In this document: piece after piece, positions 1 through 9,347 of the stretch
Layout of the letters: each line of letters opens with the position of its first letter
Numbering within the stretch: position 1 is the stretch's first letter
Source: an uncultured Nitrospiraceae bacterium
Lineage (GTDB): Bacteria; Nitrospirota; Nitrospiria; Nitrospirales; Nitrospiraceae
Assembly: GCA_963730935.1 (NCBI GenBank)
Contig: CAVSTP010000004.1
Location: 1,184,001 to 1,248,000, forward strand
Length of the DNA: 64,000 nt
Direction of reading: 5' to 3'
Program-made: the position numbers and the translations under genes
The notes under the pieces: generated by a model
What the model saw: the letters and a program-made list of their open reading frames with translations, nothing else
Told to the model about the DNA's origin: nothing
The model's database searches: none

Positions 1-188
1 TTTTGCCGAACAGTCCTCAGCAAATCATCTAGACCACGCTCGTGGATTGGTGGTCGACCTGCATTGATTTCATGGACCACTTCCGGCCGGACGTCTACAC
101 AGGTAACGCTGTAACCTCGTTCGGCGAGGCACGCTCCAGAGACAAGACCGACATATCCTGTTCCGATGACCGAAATTTTCACTTTCAC
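1..188 (-). CDS. UDP-glucose/GDP-mannose dehydrogenase family protein (N-terminal part; runs off window start)
   Basis: Not in ORF track; manual translation from GTG at 188 gives MKVKISVIGTGYVGLVSGACLAERGYSVTCVDV...INAGRPPIHERGLDDLL, with Rossmann GxGxxG and the typical PIxExGL motif. Confidence 0.9.
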   Translation of the reverse strand, partial: MKVKISVIGTGYVGLVSGACLAERGYSVTCVDVRPEVVHEINAGRPPIHERGLDDLLRTVRQ

Positions 189-189
189 C

Positions 190-1338
190 TCATGAGGACT
201 GTTCAACGACTTCTTCCGTTAACAATTCTTCCAACTCCACGAATCTTTTATACCACTCGAGCAAGCGCTTGAGCCCAGACTCTAACTCTACCTGCGGGGC
301 GTATCCCAGTAAAGTCCGGGCCTTTTCGAGATTCGGACAACGTCGGTTCGGATTGTCCGTTAGATAATCCACTTCATCGCTTGGTTTGTGAATGACCTGT
401 CCGCGACTGCCTGCAGTCCTGAGCAACATCCCGGCAAGCTCTCGCATGGAGACCTCAGGCGATTCCGATCCAATATTGAACGGCTCTGCATGATATGGAG
501 ACAACAACACGAGCAGATAGCCTGTCAGGGCGTCGGAGATGTAGCAGAAAGTGCGGGTGGGGCTCCCGTCCGAACGCAGAATAATGTCGCGATCAGCGAG
601 TATGTCTCGGCAAAAATCCGGAAGCACTCGACCATCGGCGAGCCGAAGGCCAGGGCCGTAATTGTTAAAAGGTCTGACAATTTTGGCAGGCACTTCATGC
701 TGTTTGGCATACAGGTAACAAAGCGTCTCACCCAAGCGCTTGGATTCGTCATAGCAGGCCCGAGGACCGATACAAGCCACGTTTCCTCTAAACTGTTCAC
801 GAGTGGGAATTTCCTCTGCGGGCGGATCACCGTAGATCTCGCTAGAACTGAAATAGAGTATGCTCTCGCTTCTGTGGGATCTGGCAAGATCCAGCATGTG
901 GCGCAACCCTGAGACATTCGTATCAAGTGTCTCGAGGGGATACCGCCGATATACTTTCGGGCTGGCTATCGAGGCAGCATGGATGATGAAATCAAAAGAG
1001 CCTTCGCTGTTATGTTGCCATGGCTTGGTGATGTCTTGCCTTACCAACTTCACATGCGGATTAGCATTCGTCAGTTCCGTCAGCCATCGAGGACACCCTC
1101 GAATATAGTTGTCAGCGGCCACAATGGATACGCAGCCTCGGCTGGAGAATCTACGATCGAGATAGGAGAAAAAATGAAGGAAACCAAAACCTAAGAAACC
1201 AGCCGCACCAGTAATCAGTATTCGCTTCCCGCGGAACGCCTCTACACGCTCACCAAGCGTCTCCGTTATCCGCCCCCAATCTTCATCCAACCAATCTTGC
1301 GCCACCGAATATAAGGATGTACCGGTATTCATATGCAC
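190..1338 (-). CDS. NAD-dependent epimerase/dehydratase, UDP-glucuronate decarboxylase (UXS)-like
   Basis: ITGAAGFLG, AASIASP, SSSEIYG, YDESKRLGE, PFNNYGP motifs. Confidence 0.88.
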   Translation of the reverse strand: MHMNTGTSLYSVAQDWLDEDWGRITETLGERVEAFRGKRILITGAAGFLGFGFLHFFSYLDRRFSSRGCVSIVAADNYIRGCPRWLTELTNANPHVKLVRQDITKPWQHNSEGSFDFIIHAASIASPKVYRRYPLETLDTNVSGLRHMLDLARSHRSESILYFSSSEIYGDPPAEEIPTREQFRGNVACIGPRACYDESKRLGETLCYLYAKQHEVPAKIVRPFNNYGPGLRLADGRVLPDFCRDILADRDIILRSDGSPTRTFCYISDALTGYLLVLLSPYHAEPFNIGSESPEVSMRELAGMLLRTAGSRGQVIHKPSDEVDYLTDNPNRRCPNLEKARTLLGYAPQVELESGLKRLLEWYKRFVELEELLTEEVVEQSS

Positions 1339-1365
1339 AACTTCCTCCGACGATAATCGATCCGC

Positions 1366-2163
1366 CTAAACTTCGTGCCGTCCGAATAATCGCACTGCTC
1401 GAGCAAGATCCTCAACCGTTCCGATGTCAATATAAGGATGATCGGATACTCGTACTGAATCGACGTGAAGTCCTTTGTTTATAGCACTCTGGATAACATC
1501 TCCTATAAATATTTCCTTTTGCCCTGCCGAGGAAGATCCAGAGAGTGCAGCGGTGGCATGCAAAAAATCACTGAACGTTGAATTCCAGACCGCAACTCCC
1601 CATGTGTACTGCAAGTGTGTATGGCGTGGCTTGATAGTTAATGACTTCACTCGTCCCATCTTATCCACTTCCACCATGTCTACTTTTTCTGGCTTGTCGG
1701 CAGGGAACAGTCCGAGAACCACATCCGCAGATGTGGCGACCTGTCGATTCAGAACATGCACAAAAGCATCTCGAGCATCAAAGAGGATGTCTCCGAAACC
1801 CAGGGCAATTCGCGCGCCCCTGACAAAGGGATAGGCTTGATCAAGGGTATAGGGCACATTTGGAGTTCTTTCCACGACGAGATAACCAAGATGCATATCG
1901 AGAAGGGAACCATTTCCAAAATAGGATGGAATATCCCATTTGTCTCTGCGGATCACGATGTACGCATTTTCAATTCCTGCCCACCGCATTCTCTCGAGCA
2001 CATAATGGCACGCCGTTTTCGGCCTTAACTGACCGTCAAGACTCTGCTGGAAAAATCCGACCGGCAGGAGTTCTTTGCTACATGGAATCGGCATGATCCT
2101 GGTTGCCTGCCCTCCGGCAGGAATCAGTCCGACCAAAGGAGGGGCCTCTACCAAACCTTCCAT
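1366..2163 (-). CDS. Sugar-phosphate nucleotidyltransferase (RmlA-like, divergent)
   Basis: GLIPAGGQATR...SKELLPVG, FGD, YIDIGT motifs. Confidence 0.8.
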   Translation of the reverse strand: MEGLVEAPPLVGLIPAGGQATRIMPIPCSKELLPVGFFQQSLDGQLRPKTACHYVLERMRWAGIENAYIVIRRDKWDIPSYFGNGSLLDMHLGYLVVERTPNVPYTLDQAYPFVRGARIALGFGDILFDARDAFVHVLNRQVATSADVVLGLFPADKPEKVDMVEVDKMGRVKSLTIKPRHTHLQYTWGVAVWNSTFSDFLHATAALSGSSSAGQKEIFIGDVIQSAINKGLHVDSVRVSDHPYIDIGTVEDLARAVRLFGRHEV

Positions 2164-2921
2164 GGTGCCTTACCAGACTGCCATAGGTCCTCCAAGTATG
2201 CTTTCTCTTTCAAGGTATCCATACAAGACCAAAAACGCTCATGTCGGTACCCGATCAACTGACGCTCGAGTGTCAGACGCTCTATTGGTCCCTTTTCCCA
2301 CGCTATGTCGTCATCTTCAACGTAATCAATCGTTTCATTCTGCAGGACATAAAAGCCACCATTGATCCACCCTTCTTCGCCATGCGGCTTTTCCTTGAAA
2401 TCCACGATGTGCTCGGCATCGAACACCAACCGTCCGAATCTTGCCGGTGGCAAAACCGACGTTACCGTGGCTAACTTCCCGTGCGCCTTATGAAACTTAA
2501 TAGTGGCTTCGATATCAACGTCGGCTACGCCGTCACCATACGTGAACAAGAACGTTTCATCATGCTCCAGCCATTTTTTCAGCCGCCTCAAGCGACCGCC
2601 AGTCTGTGTGTGCAGACCGGTATCCACAAGGTGCACCGTCCAATCCTCATGCTTCTTTCCGTTGTGAATCGTCGTTTTGCCGGTGCCGAGATCGACGGAT
2701 ATATCCTTGTTGAAGGCATAGAAATTCAGAAAGTACTCTTTGATCATTTCTCCCTTGTAACCAAGTGCGATGATGAACTCCTTAATGCCATGGGCGGCAT
2801 AAATTTTCATAATGTGCCACAAGATCGGCTTTCCGCCGATCTCGACCATCGGTTTTGGGCGAAGATGAGTCTCCTCTGAAAGACGCGTCCCCATGCCTCC
2901 CGCAAGAATCACAGCCTTCAT
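2148..2921 (-). CDS. rfbF: Glucose-1-phosphate cytidylyltransferase
   Basis: MKAVILAGGMGTRLSEET..PKPMVEIGGKPILWHIMK, TYGDG, WINGGF, FWSCMDT; start reassigned to ATG at 2921 behind an AAGGA SD. Confidence 0.93.
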   Translation of the reverse strand: MKAVILAGGMGTRLSEETHLRPKPMVEIGGKPILWHIMKIYAAHGIKEFIIALGYKGEMIKEYFLNFYAFNKDISVDLGTGKTTIHNGKKHEDWTVHLVDTGLHTQTGGRLRRLKKWLEHDETFLFTYGDGVADVDIEATIKFHKAHGKLATVTSVLPPARFGRLVFDAEHIVDFKEKPHGEEGWINGGFYVLQNETIDYVEDDDIAWEKGPIERLTLERQLIGYRHERFWSCMDTLKEKAYLEDLWQSGKAPWKVW

Positions 2922-2991
2922 GGTTGGTTCCTTTGATGTCAATATGGGGTTTGGTACAAAACACCGACCAGCCAACTCTGCTTCCTAGATG

Positions 2992-3366
2992 TCAAAATAG
3001 GAATTTCAATCCGACGAAATACGCACCATCATTCCTCGAACTTCCGAACGGAAGCTTGCGTGTCCACCGGACCTCCGCAAGCGTCGGAGTGCCGGCCGAG
3101 TTTGTCGGCGTTGGCACGAGAACTTTGAGCACCTGCTCAACTTCTGGAGCATGGTCCATGAGCACTAACATCCCCCCACTGCTGATGTTGAGAGACAACG
3201 CCTTCCCGCTGTTCGCCGCATTCGAGGGATCGTCTACTTGGGTCGTCATCTCGAACGGTACCGGTCTCAATAAAGGCACGCGTTCTCGGTGGTTTTGAAG
3301 ATGGGTCGAGATCGGCCATTCCCACTCGGTCTGTGTCACAACTTCCCCCCTGTTAGTCCTGTTCAA
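2992..3366 (-). CDS. PilZ-domain protein
   Basis: RERVP (RxxxR-like), NISSGG (D/NxSxxG), AEVRW and VGLKF strands; start uncertain. Confidence 0.78.
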   Translation of the reverse strand: MNRTNRGEVVTQTEWEWPISTHLQNHRERVPLLRPVPFEMTTQVDDPSNAANSGKALSLNISSGGMLVLMDHAPEVEQVLKVLVPTPTNSAGTPTLAEVRWTRKLPFGSSRNDGAYFVGLKFLF

Positions 3367-3458
3367 TGCGCTGTCACCCGGTGACCAAGCCCCTCTTCCT
3401 GATCAGCTCTTCACAACCAAGGTCGTTTGGACTTGAAGGGTGATGTCCTACACGGGCC

Positions 3459-3488
3459 AGTATAGGGATGCCTTGAAAGACCCGACAA
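3459..3488 (-). promoter_or_regulatory. Putative sigma70 promoter for PilZ gene and downstream sugar genes
   Basis: TTGTCG-18nt-TATACT on minus strand. Confidence 0.5.
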
Positions 3489-3525
3489 TACCGATGACGT
3501 AGGTCTGCATCACAAAAGGAGGGTG

Positions 3526-3554
3526 TTGACTCCCTCTAAAGTGTTAGATAGAAT
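3526..3554 (+). promoter_or_regulatory. Putative sigma70 promoter for LuxR-family regulator
   Basis: TTGACT-17nt-TAGAAT; spacer holds inverted repeat TCTAA-agtg-TTAGA. Confidence 0.65.
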
Positions 3555-3631
3555 CCTCCAGTCTGTCTAAACATTGAAGCCAGTTTAGTGTTCTCTCCGT
3601 AACGCGTTACATTTAAGACTTCCCACCGAGC

Positions 3632-4240
3632 ATGAGCGATCCATTACCTGTTCCTGACCCAGCCGAAACGCTTGCCGACCAACGGGCGGGACCAGGAATC
3701 GTCGTTCTTTCGGCTTCCATGCAATTGCTTCACATGAATCGTCAGGCCTCGGAGCTGTCTAAACAAATCAATGTGGCCGAGCATGGGGGCGGCAGCTCCC
3801 GAGCGGCCCACGGCGTGCTTCCAACGGCCCTGACCGAGCTTTGCGGGGAGATCGTCAAAGCACTGCATATCCGTACCGAAGCGAAGGATTGGGAACAATT
3901 TGAGATCAAGCGTGTTGCCGGTAATCCCGAACAACCCGTCCTCCTTAGGGGATTTGGCTTGCCGGACCGGGGGGGCGTGCAATTTGCCAGGTTGGTGGTG
4001 ACCCTCGAAGAACTAGGTCGCCGGCAGCAGCTGAATACCGACCAAGCCAAGGAAAAGTTTTCGCTCACCAACCGTGAACAATCGGTAGTCGAGCACCTGG
4101 CTAAGGGCTGGACAAACAAGGAAATTGCTAATGCGCTTCAAATCACCGAGCAGACGGTCAAAGAACACATTAAACACATCATGCGGAAGACCAACGCAAC
4201 TACCAGGACAGGTATCCTGGTTCAAATTTTTAATTCCTAG
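3632..4240 (+). CDS. LuxR-family HTH transcriptional regulator with PAS-like N-terminus (no receiver domain)
   Basis: C-terminal LTNREQSVVEHLAKGWTNKEIANALQITEQTVKEHIKHIMRK; N-terminal GIVVLS...LLHMN. Confidence 0.9.
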   Translation: MSDPLPVPDPAETLADQRAGPGIVVLSASMQLLHMNRQASELSKQINVAEHGGGSSRAAHGVLPTALTELCGEIVKALHIRTEAKDWEQFEIKRVAGNPEQPVLLRGFGLPDRGGVQFARLVVTLEELGRRQQLNTDQAKEKFSLTNREQSVVEHLAKGWTNKEIANALQITEQTVKEHIKHIMRKTNATTRTGILVQIFNS

Positions 4241-4356
4241 TCCATTTCACACACCATTTCCCACACCATAGTCTGAAAAATGCAATAGTGCGGTATTTGC
4301 CACACAATGGTCTGTCATTGTTATCTTTATTTTTCAACAACTTATGCTTAAATCTG

Positions 4357-4373
4357 ATGGCCCACTGATTGCA
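4357..4373 (+). promoter_or_regulatory. Putative sigma54 (-24/-12) promoter
   Basis: ATGGCCCACTGATTGCA = GG-N10-GC; upstream IHF-like TTTCAACAACTTA (~4332-4344). Confidence 0.6.
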
Positions 4374-4388
4374 GTTCTGAAAGGCAGA

Positions 4389-4880
4389 ATGAGAACGAAC
4401 CAACTATTACTCGTAAGCCTGGCGTTGCTATCGATCGGTTGCCAGTCCGGACAGCCGGTCAAACAGGCCGCCGCCGACAATGGCAGCTTTATGGGGCTTT
4501 GGTCGGTTTATTCGCACTGCCAAAACGCCAAGGATTTTGAGGAATTAAAGCATGATGCCGGCGTGCTCAGCACATCGGCGAAGCGGACGGTCTCAGGTAA
4601 TGGTTTCGTGCTTCCACTGCCTGGAAAACTCGAGCGACTAGTCACGACACCATCTGCCCGACTTGCCGTTGATGTGAAGGCCATGTCGGCAGCATGTTCC
4701 TTACGTGCCGGACAAGCTGCGGTGGAAGCTCGTCGGTTTGAGGTAGCAAGAGAACTTCTGCACGGAATACTTGAGTACTACCCCCAGGCAGATTACGCCT
4801 TTTACACCACTCAAGCCAAGGCCCTCTTGTCAGAGATAGAGTCTGAGAAGCTTCAGGTTTCGTCCCTGAACCTTCGCTGA
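4389..4880 (+). CDS. Hypothetical lipoprotein
   Basis: MRTNQLLLVSLALLSIGC lipobox; helical TPR-like C-terminus. Confidence 0.75.
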   Translation: MRTNQLLLVSLALLSIGCQSGQPVKQAAADNGSFMGLWSVYSHCQNAKDFEELKHDAGVLSTSAKRTVSGNGFVLPLPGKLERLVTTPSARLAVDVKAMSAACSLRAGQAAVEARRFEVARELLHGILEYYPQADYAFYTTQAKALLSEIESEKLQVSSLNLR

Positions 4881-4911
4881 TCAGTTCCTCCCCTGCTCCA
4901 GGTCATCCCAA

Positions 4912-5064
4912 TTAGAACAACGTGTATACGAATGGCGCAACGGCGGATCCTTGCGTCAATACGATAAGCGTCCCCAGCATGAGCAGCACGAGTATAATAG
5001 GCAACAGCCAAAATTTTTTCCGTTCCTTCATGAAGGCCCACAATTCCATGACAAACTCGCCCAT
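4912..5064 (-). CDS. DUF5989 (SxtK-like) small membrane protein
   Basis: MGEFVMELWAFMKERKKFWLLPII...GSAVAPFVYTLF, 50 aa, GGAGG SD. Confidence 0.9.
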   Translation of the reverse strand: MGEFVMELWAFMKERKKFWLLPIILVLLMLGTLIVLTQGSAVAPFVYTLF

Positions 5065-5090
5065 AGTCACCTCCGATGTGAAAAACCGAT

Positions 5091-5486
5091 CTAAAACTGA
5101 AATTTCATGTGGGAGCGCGGTCGAGGCTGTCGATCTACACGATATGTTGAACTGGTATCCGAAAACGTTTGCCGCATCGTGTCTTTGCCCAACATCCGGA
5201 AGACGATGCCAATGGGGGTGATGAGTCCGTAAAAGATCACGCCAAGAATGATTCTGGTATTGATCCAACCGAGCACGTGTCCGACCCACATCCAGCCTCG
5301 GTGAATCGGAGCCAGCCAGGTTGGGACGAAACTTCCCAATAGGATGAGCAGACCTCCAGTAATCAGGGCCCAAAAACGAAGTGGTTCTCCTCGCAGCAAC
5401 ATTGGCCAAAGACCGATGACGCTGAACACTCCCCCCACCAGTAGACCGAAATGACGCAACTCCTTGGTTTGAGATCTCTGATCCAC
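5091..5486 (-). CDS. SxtJ-family membrane protein
   Basis: ELRHFG, WMWVGHVLGWINTRIILG, ITPIG..GKD, terminal QF. Confidence 0.88.
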   Translation of the reverse strand: MDQRSQTKELRHFGLLVGGVFSVIGLWPMLLRGEPLRFWALITGGLLILLGSFVPTWLAPIHRGWMWVGHVLGWINTRIILGVIFYGLITPIGIVFRMLGKDTMRQTFSDTSSTYRVDRQPRPRSHMKFQF

Positions 5487-5500
5487 TTTTCCTCCCCCTA

Positions 5501-7345
5501 TTAATCAAGAGCGAATTCGCTCTTCCAGTCAGAATCGTTCTCCAGAGGCTTTTGCTCTTCCTTGAATAGAACAAAGTTCTCGAGGACTAACACATCCATC
5601 TCCGTCCGCATGAAACAACGATAGGCATCCTCCGGCGTACACACGATCGGCTCACCGCGGACGTTAAACGACGTGTTCACAAGAACCGCGCAGCCCGTCT
5701 TCCTCTCAAACGCCGAGAGCAGATTATGATATCGAGGATTGGTGTCTTCATGGACCGTTTGTACTCTTGCAGAGTAATCAATATGCGTGATTGCCGGAAC
5801 ATCGGATCGAGGAATGTTGAGTAGGTCAATCCCCCATAACGCTTCATGTTTGGGGTCGAATGGCAGCCGCCGCTTCTCAACCACAGGAGCAACCAGCAAC
5901 ATATAGGGGCTGTTGCAGTTCATTTGAAAGTATTCTGAAACCTTCTCACGGAGCACGGACGGTGCAAATGGTCGAAACGACTCCCGATACTTTATTTTGA
6001 GATTCATGACCGACTGCATTTTCGTATTCCGTGCGTCTCCCAAAATGCTGCGGCCTCCAAGCGAGCGGGGACCAAACTCCATTCTGCCTTGGAGCCATCC
6101 AATCACTTTTCCTTCCGCCAAGTACTCGGCGGTGGAATCAATGAGCTTTTCATCATCTAACTGGTGATACACCGCACCGAGTTTTCTCAGTCTGGATTCG
6201 ACATCGTCATTCGAATGTCGGGGACCGAGATAGCTGCCATTCATCTTATCGTGGACATTGTCCGCCGTCCGTGGCTGGTTTTCATATTGATACCAGGCGC
6301 TGAGGGCCGCGCCCACGGCTCCTCCAGCATCTCCGGCCGCCGGCTGGATCCAGATGCCTTTGAATGGTCCCTCGCGAAGGATTCGTCCGTTCCCCACACA
6401 ATTGAGTGCCACGCCGCCGGCCAAACATAAATATTCCGCTCCGGTCTCACGATGCATGGTTCGAGACAACCGCAGCATGACCTCTTCGGTCACTTCCTGA
6501 ATCGACCGAGCCAAATCCATTTCTCGCTGCCCTAATTTCGATTCCGGCTTGCGGGGAGGGCCCCCGAAAAGGTCATCGAATCTCGAGCTCGTCATCGTCA
6601 ACCCGGTACAGTAGTTGAAAAACTCCATGTTCATCCTGAACGTCCCGTCGGGCTTCAAATCCAAGAGATGATCATAGATGCCCTTCACATATTTCGGCTG
6701 TCCATAGGGAGCAAGACCCATGACCTTGTATTCACCTGAATTGACCTTGAATCCCGTGTAGTACGTGAAGGCAGAGTACAAGAGTCCGATCGAATGAGGA
6801 AATGGAATGTCCCAAAGAGGGGTCAGATTGTTGCCTTCGCCGAGCCAAGCGGACGTCGTCGCCCATTCTCCAACGCCATCCATACACAAGACTGCGGCCT
6901 TCTGGTAGGGGGAGGGGAAAAAAGCAGATGCCGCGTGAGATTCATGGTGTTCGCCGAACAGGAACTGCGGCACGTCCGTTTTGTTCAGAGCATGATCGCA
7001 AGCCAAAATCTCTTTGCGAAGAAGGTTTCGCAGTAACAGTTTCTCTTTTAACCACACGGGCATGGCTGCAAGAAAGGACTGGAGGCCTCGCGGCGCAAAT
7101 CCGACGTAGGTTTCAAGAAGCCGCTCGAATTTGACCAGCGGCTTGTCATAAAACACAATGTATTGAAGATCTTTGATCCCGATCCGTCCTTCGTTCATAC
7201 AATACTCAACCGCACGATGAGGAAATCCTGGATCATGCTTCTTTCGTGTGAATCGTTCTTCCTGTGCCGCCGCGATGATCTCGCCGTCGCGCACGAGGCA
7301 GGCGGCGCTGTCATGGTAGAAGGCAGAGATGCCGAGAATATGCAC
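5501..7345 (-). CDS. O-carbamoyltransferase (NodU/CmcH family)
   Basis: ILGISAFYHDSAA, QEERFTRKKH, EHHESHAAS, EYKVMGLAPYG, EFGPRSLGGRS, NTSFNVRGEP. Confidence 0.95.
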   Translation of the reverse strand: MHILGISAFYHDSAACLVRDGEIIAAAQEERFTRKKHDPGFPHRAVEYCMNEGRIGIKDLQYIVFYDKPLVKFERLLETYVGFAPRGLQSFLAAMPVWLKEKLLLRNLLRKEILACDHALNKTDVPQFLFGEHHESHAASAFFPSPYQKAAVLCMDGVGEWATTSAWLGEGNNLTPLWDIPFPHSIGLLYSAFTYYTGFKVNSGEYKVMGLAPYGQPKYVKGIYDHLLDLKPDGTFRMNMEFFNYCTGLTMTSSRFDDLFGGPPRKPESKLGQREMDLARSIQEVTEEVMLRLSRTMHRETGAEYLCLAGGVALNCVGNGRILREGPFKGIWIQPAAGDAGGAVGAALSAWYQYENQPRTADNVHDKMNGSYLGPRHSNDDVESRLRKLGAVYHQLDDEKLIDSTAEYLAEGKVIGWLQGRMEFGPRSLGGRSILGDARNTKMQSVMNLKIKYRESFRPFAPSVLREKVSEYFQMNCNSPYMLLVAPVVEKRRLPFDPKHEALWGIDLLNIPRSDVPAITHIDYSARVQTVHEDTNPRYHNLLSAFERKTGCAVLVNTSFNVRGEPIVCTPEDAYRCFMRTEMDVLVLENFVLFKEEQKPLENDSDWKSEFALD

Positions 7346-7360
7346 GCTGTATCCTCCCCG

Positions 7361-8866
7361 CTAGATGCTTTGAGACATTAAGGATTGAAACACTCGATCA
7401 TAGGCGTTCGCCGACTGCGCCCAGGATACATCGGTGTGCATGGCATTTTCCATGAGCCTCTTCCACGTGTCCATACCCTGAAAGACGGGAAGGGCCTCCT
7501 CAACCGTAGAAATCAAGGACTTGGCCGTATGCTGCTTGATGTGAAATCCAGTAGCGCGGGCGGTATTAAGGTTCCGGGGTGAAAACGGCACGACCGTGTC
7601 CGCCAATCCTCCCGTCTTGCGGACGATCGGGATCGTACCATATCGCAGGCTATAGAGCTGACTCAGTCCGCATGGCTCGTATTGCGAAGGCAGAATAAAC
7701 ATGTCGGCCCCCCCTTCAATTCGATGGGCAAGGCCTTCATCAAAGCCAATACGAAGTCCAATCTTGGCCGGGTAACGGTCATGGAGTGCTTTGAAGCGCT
7801 CCTCTAGGGCCGGCTCGCCGGTCCCCAGAATGACAAGCTGCAAACCAAGCATCATCAATTTCGGGATCGCTTCTTCCATCAGATCGAACCCCTTTTGCGA
7901 GGTCATGCGACCTATGAGCGCTATGACCGGCTCATCCGTGTCCGGAAGGTGGAATTCTCGTCGCAAGGCGTCCTTACAGACACGCTTGTTCTGCCAGTTT
8001 GTGGCGGTATACGGCGCCGGCAAGTGCGGATCGGTTTCCGGGTTCCAGAGATCGACGTCGATTCCGTTTAAGATCCCTTCGAACTCGCCTTGTCGATTGC
8101 GCAGGACCCCATCCAGACCAAAACCGCCCTCGGGAGTCACGATTTCCTTGGCGTACGTCGGACTCACTGTGGTCAGGTAATCGCTGAAAATGATTCCTCC
8201 TTTGAGCAAGTTCACAGAACCGTAGAATTCCAAGCCGCTGGGTGTAAACCATGAGGGCGCCAATCCGGTTTTGGCGAATTGTGTTCCAGGGAACATTCCC
8301 TGATACCCGGCATTGTGGATGGTGAGGACTGTCTTGACACCGCTCACCTCCCCTCGTGCCGCATCGTTTGTCTTCAAATAGACGGAGCACAGTGCAGTCT
8401 GCCAGTCGTGCAAATGCAGAAGATCCGTTCGCCATTCCCGTTCACGGCGCAAATAGGCCATGGCTTCGATGATCGCCCGTGAAAAAAAGACAAATCTGTC
8501 CAAATTGTCTGGATAATCGAGCCCTGATTCCTGGTACAGACCAGGGCGATCAAAATAGGGATCGTGCGCAATGGCCCATACGCGCAGGCCCTCCGGACGG
8601 TCATCGACCGGAACGATGTCTTCTTCAATGACCGCAGGAACCACGCCTTGCGGGGTGTGAATCGGCAGCGTGACGAGAGGGCGGAACCTGCGCCCTGATT
8701 GCTCCAATTCACGATATCGTGGGAGAAGAAGAATGACCTCGTGTCCGAGCTTCACGAATTCGCGCGGCAACGCCCCGGCCACATCTGCAAGGCCGCCCGT
8801 CTTTGCGTAAGGTATCGCTTCAGAAGCGGCGACCAGGAGCTTGAGTGGATGGGGCTTCCTCACCAC
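7361..8866 (-). CDS. glgA: Glycogen synthase
   Basis: KTGGLADV, HLHDWQT, TIHN, NGID, QKG, EPCGLSQL, KTGGLADTV; start placed at GTG after upstream stop (approximate). Confidence 0.93.
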   Translation of the reverse strand: MVRKPHPLKLLVAASEAIPYAKTGGLADVAGALPREFVKLGHEVILLLPRYRELEQSGRRFRPLVTLPIHTPQGVVPAVIEEDIVPVDDRPEGLRVWAIAHDPYFDRPGLYQESGLDYPDNLDRFVFFSRAIIEAMAYLRREREWRTDLLHLHDWQTALCSVYLKTNDAARGEVSGVKTVLTIHNAGYQGMFPGTQFAKTGLAPSWFTPSGLEFYGSVNLLKGGIIFSDYLTTVSPTYAKEIVTPEGGFGLDGVLRNRQGEFEGILNGIDVDLWNPETDPHLPAPYTATNWQNKRVCKDALRREFHLPDTDEPVIALIGRMTSQKGFDLMEEAIPKLMMLGLQLVILGTGEPALEERFKALHDRYPAKIGLRIGFDEGLAHRIEGGADMFILPSQYEPCGLSQLYSLRYGTIPIVRKTGGLADTVVPFSPRNLNTARATGFHIKQHTAKSLISTVEEALPVFQGMDTWKRLMENAMHTDVSWAQSANAYDRVFQSLMSQSI

Positions 8867-8882
8867 AGGTCTAAGCGGCGGG

Positions 8883-9347
8883 TCAGGGACGTGGTTCGAG
8901 CTCGATTTTCGTACGAAACTTATCTTCATGTGCCCACGCATGGCCCATTTCGTGCAACTTGTCGGCTGAAAGTTCCTCCCGATAGACGAAGACCTCATCC
9001 AAAAATACCACGAGCCAGCCATGGTCGGGATACGCGAGGAACAAGGCGTCTCCCGCATCAACGGATGCTTCCCACCCTGGAGGCGAGGTGCCGACGGCAA
9101 GCCGCGAGCGAGGCACCATCGACCCATCCTTCATTCCAAAAAACGGCATGAACTCCATGTGTTGATACGTCGGCATCCCCCACGCGCGGACGAACGCGCG
9201 TGGTTCAAGTTTTCGAAGCGTGAGCTCATTGTTTCTGATCTTGCGCTCCTGCTCGGCGAGCGGCGGCATTCCGATGCATGCAGCCAACATCGCGAGCCCG
9301 GCCACCGCGATCAGCACGGCCGCCAAGTGGCCATACCGACACCTCAC
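8883..9347 (-). CDS. Hypothetical lipoprotein
   Basis: Hydrophobic N-terminus ending LAAC; start overlaps stop of DUF971 gene. Confidence 0.7.
   Translation of the reverse strand: MRCRYGHLAAVLIAVAGLAMLAACIGMPPLAEQERKIRNNELTLRKLEPRAFVRAWGMPTYQHMEFMPFFGMKDGSMVPRSRLAVGTSPPGWEASVDAGDALFLAYPDHGWLVVFLDEVFVYREELSADKLHEMGHAWAHEDKFRTKIELEPRP

Noticed and set aside
4912..5574. 220-aa ORF from the track
   Set aside because: Only the last 50 codons (DUF5989, own SD) are plausible; the rest overlaps SxtJ in another frame
4912..7345. Saxitoxin biosynthesis cluster
   Set aside because: Only sxtI/J/K-like genes are present; no sxtA PKS-like, amidinotransferase or other sxt genes in the window
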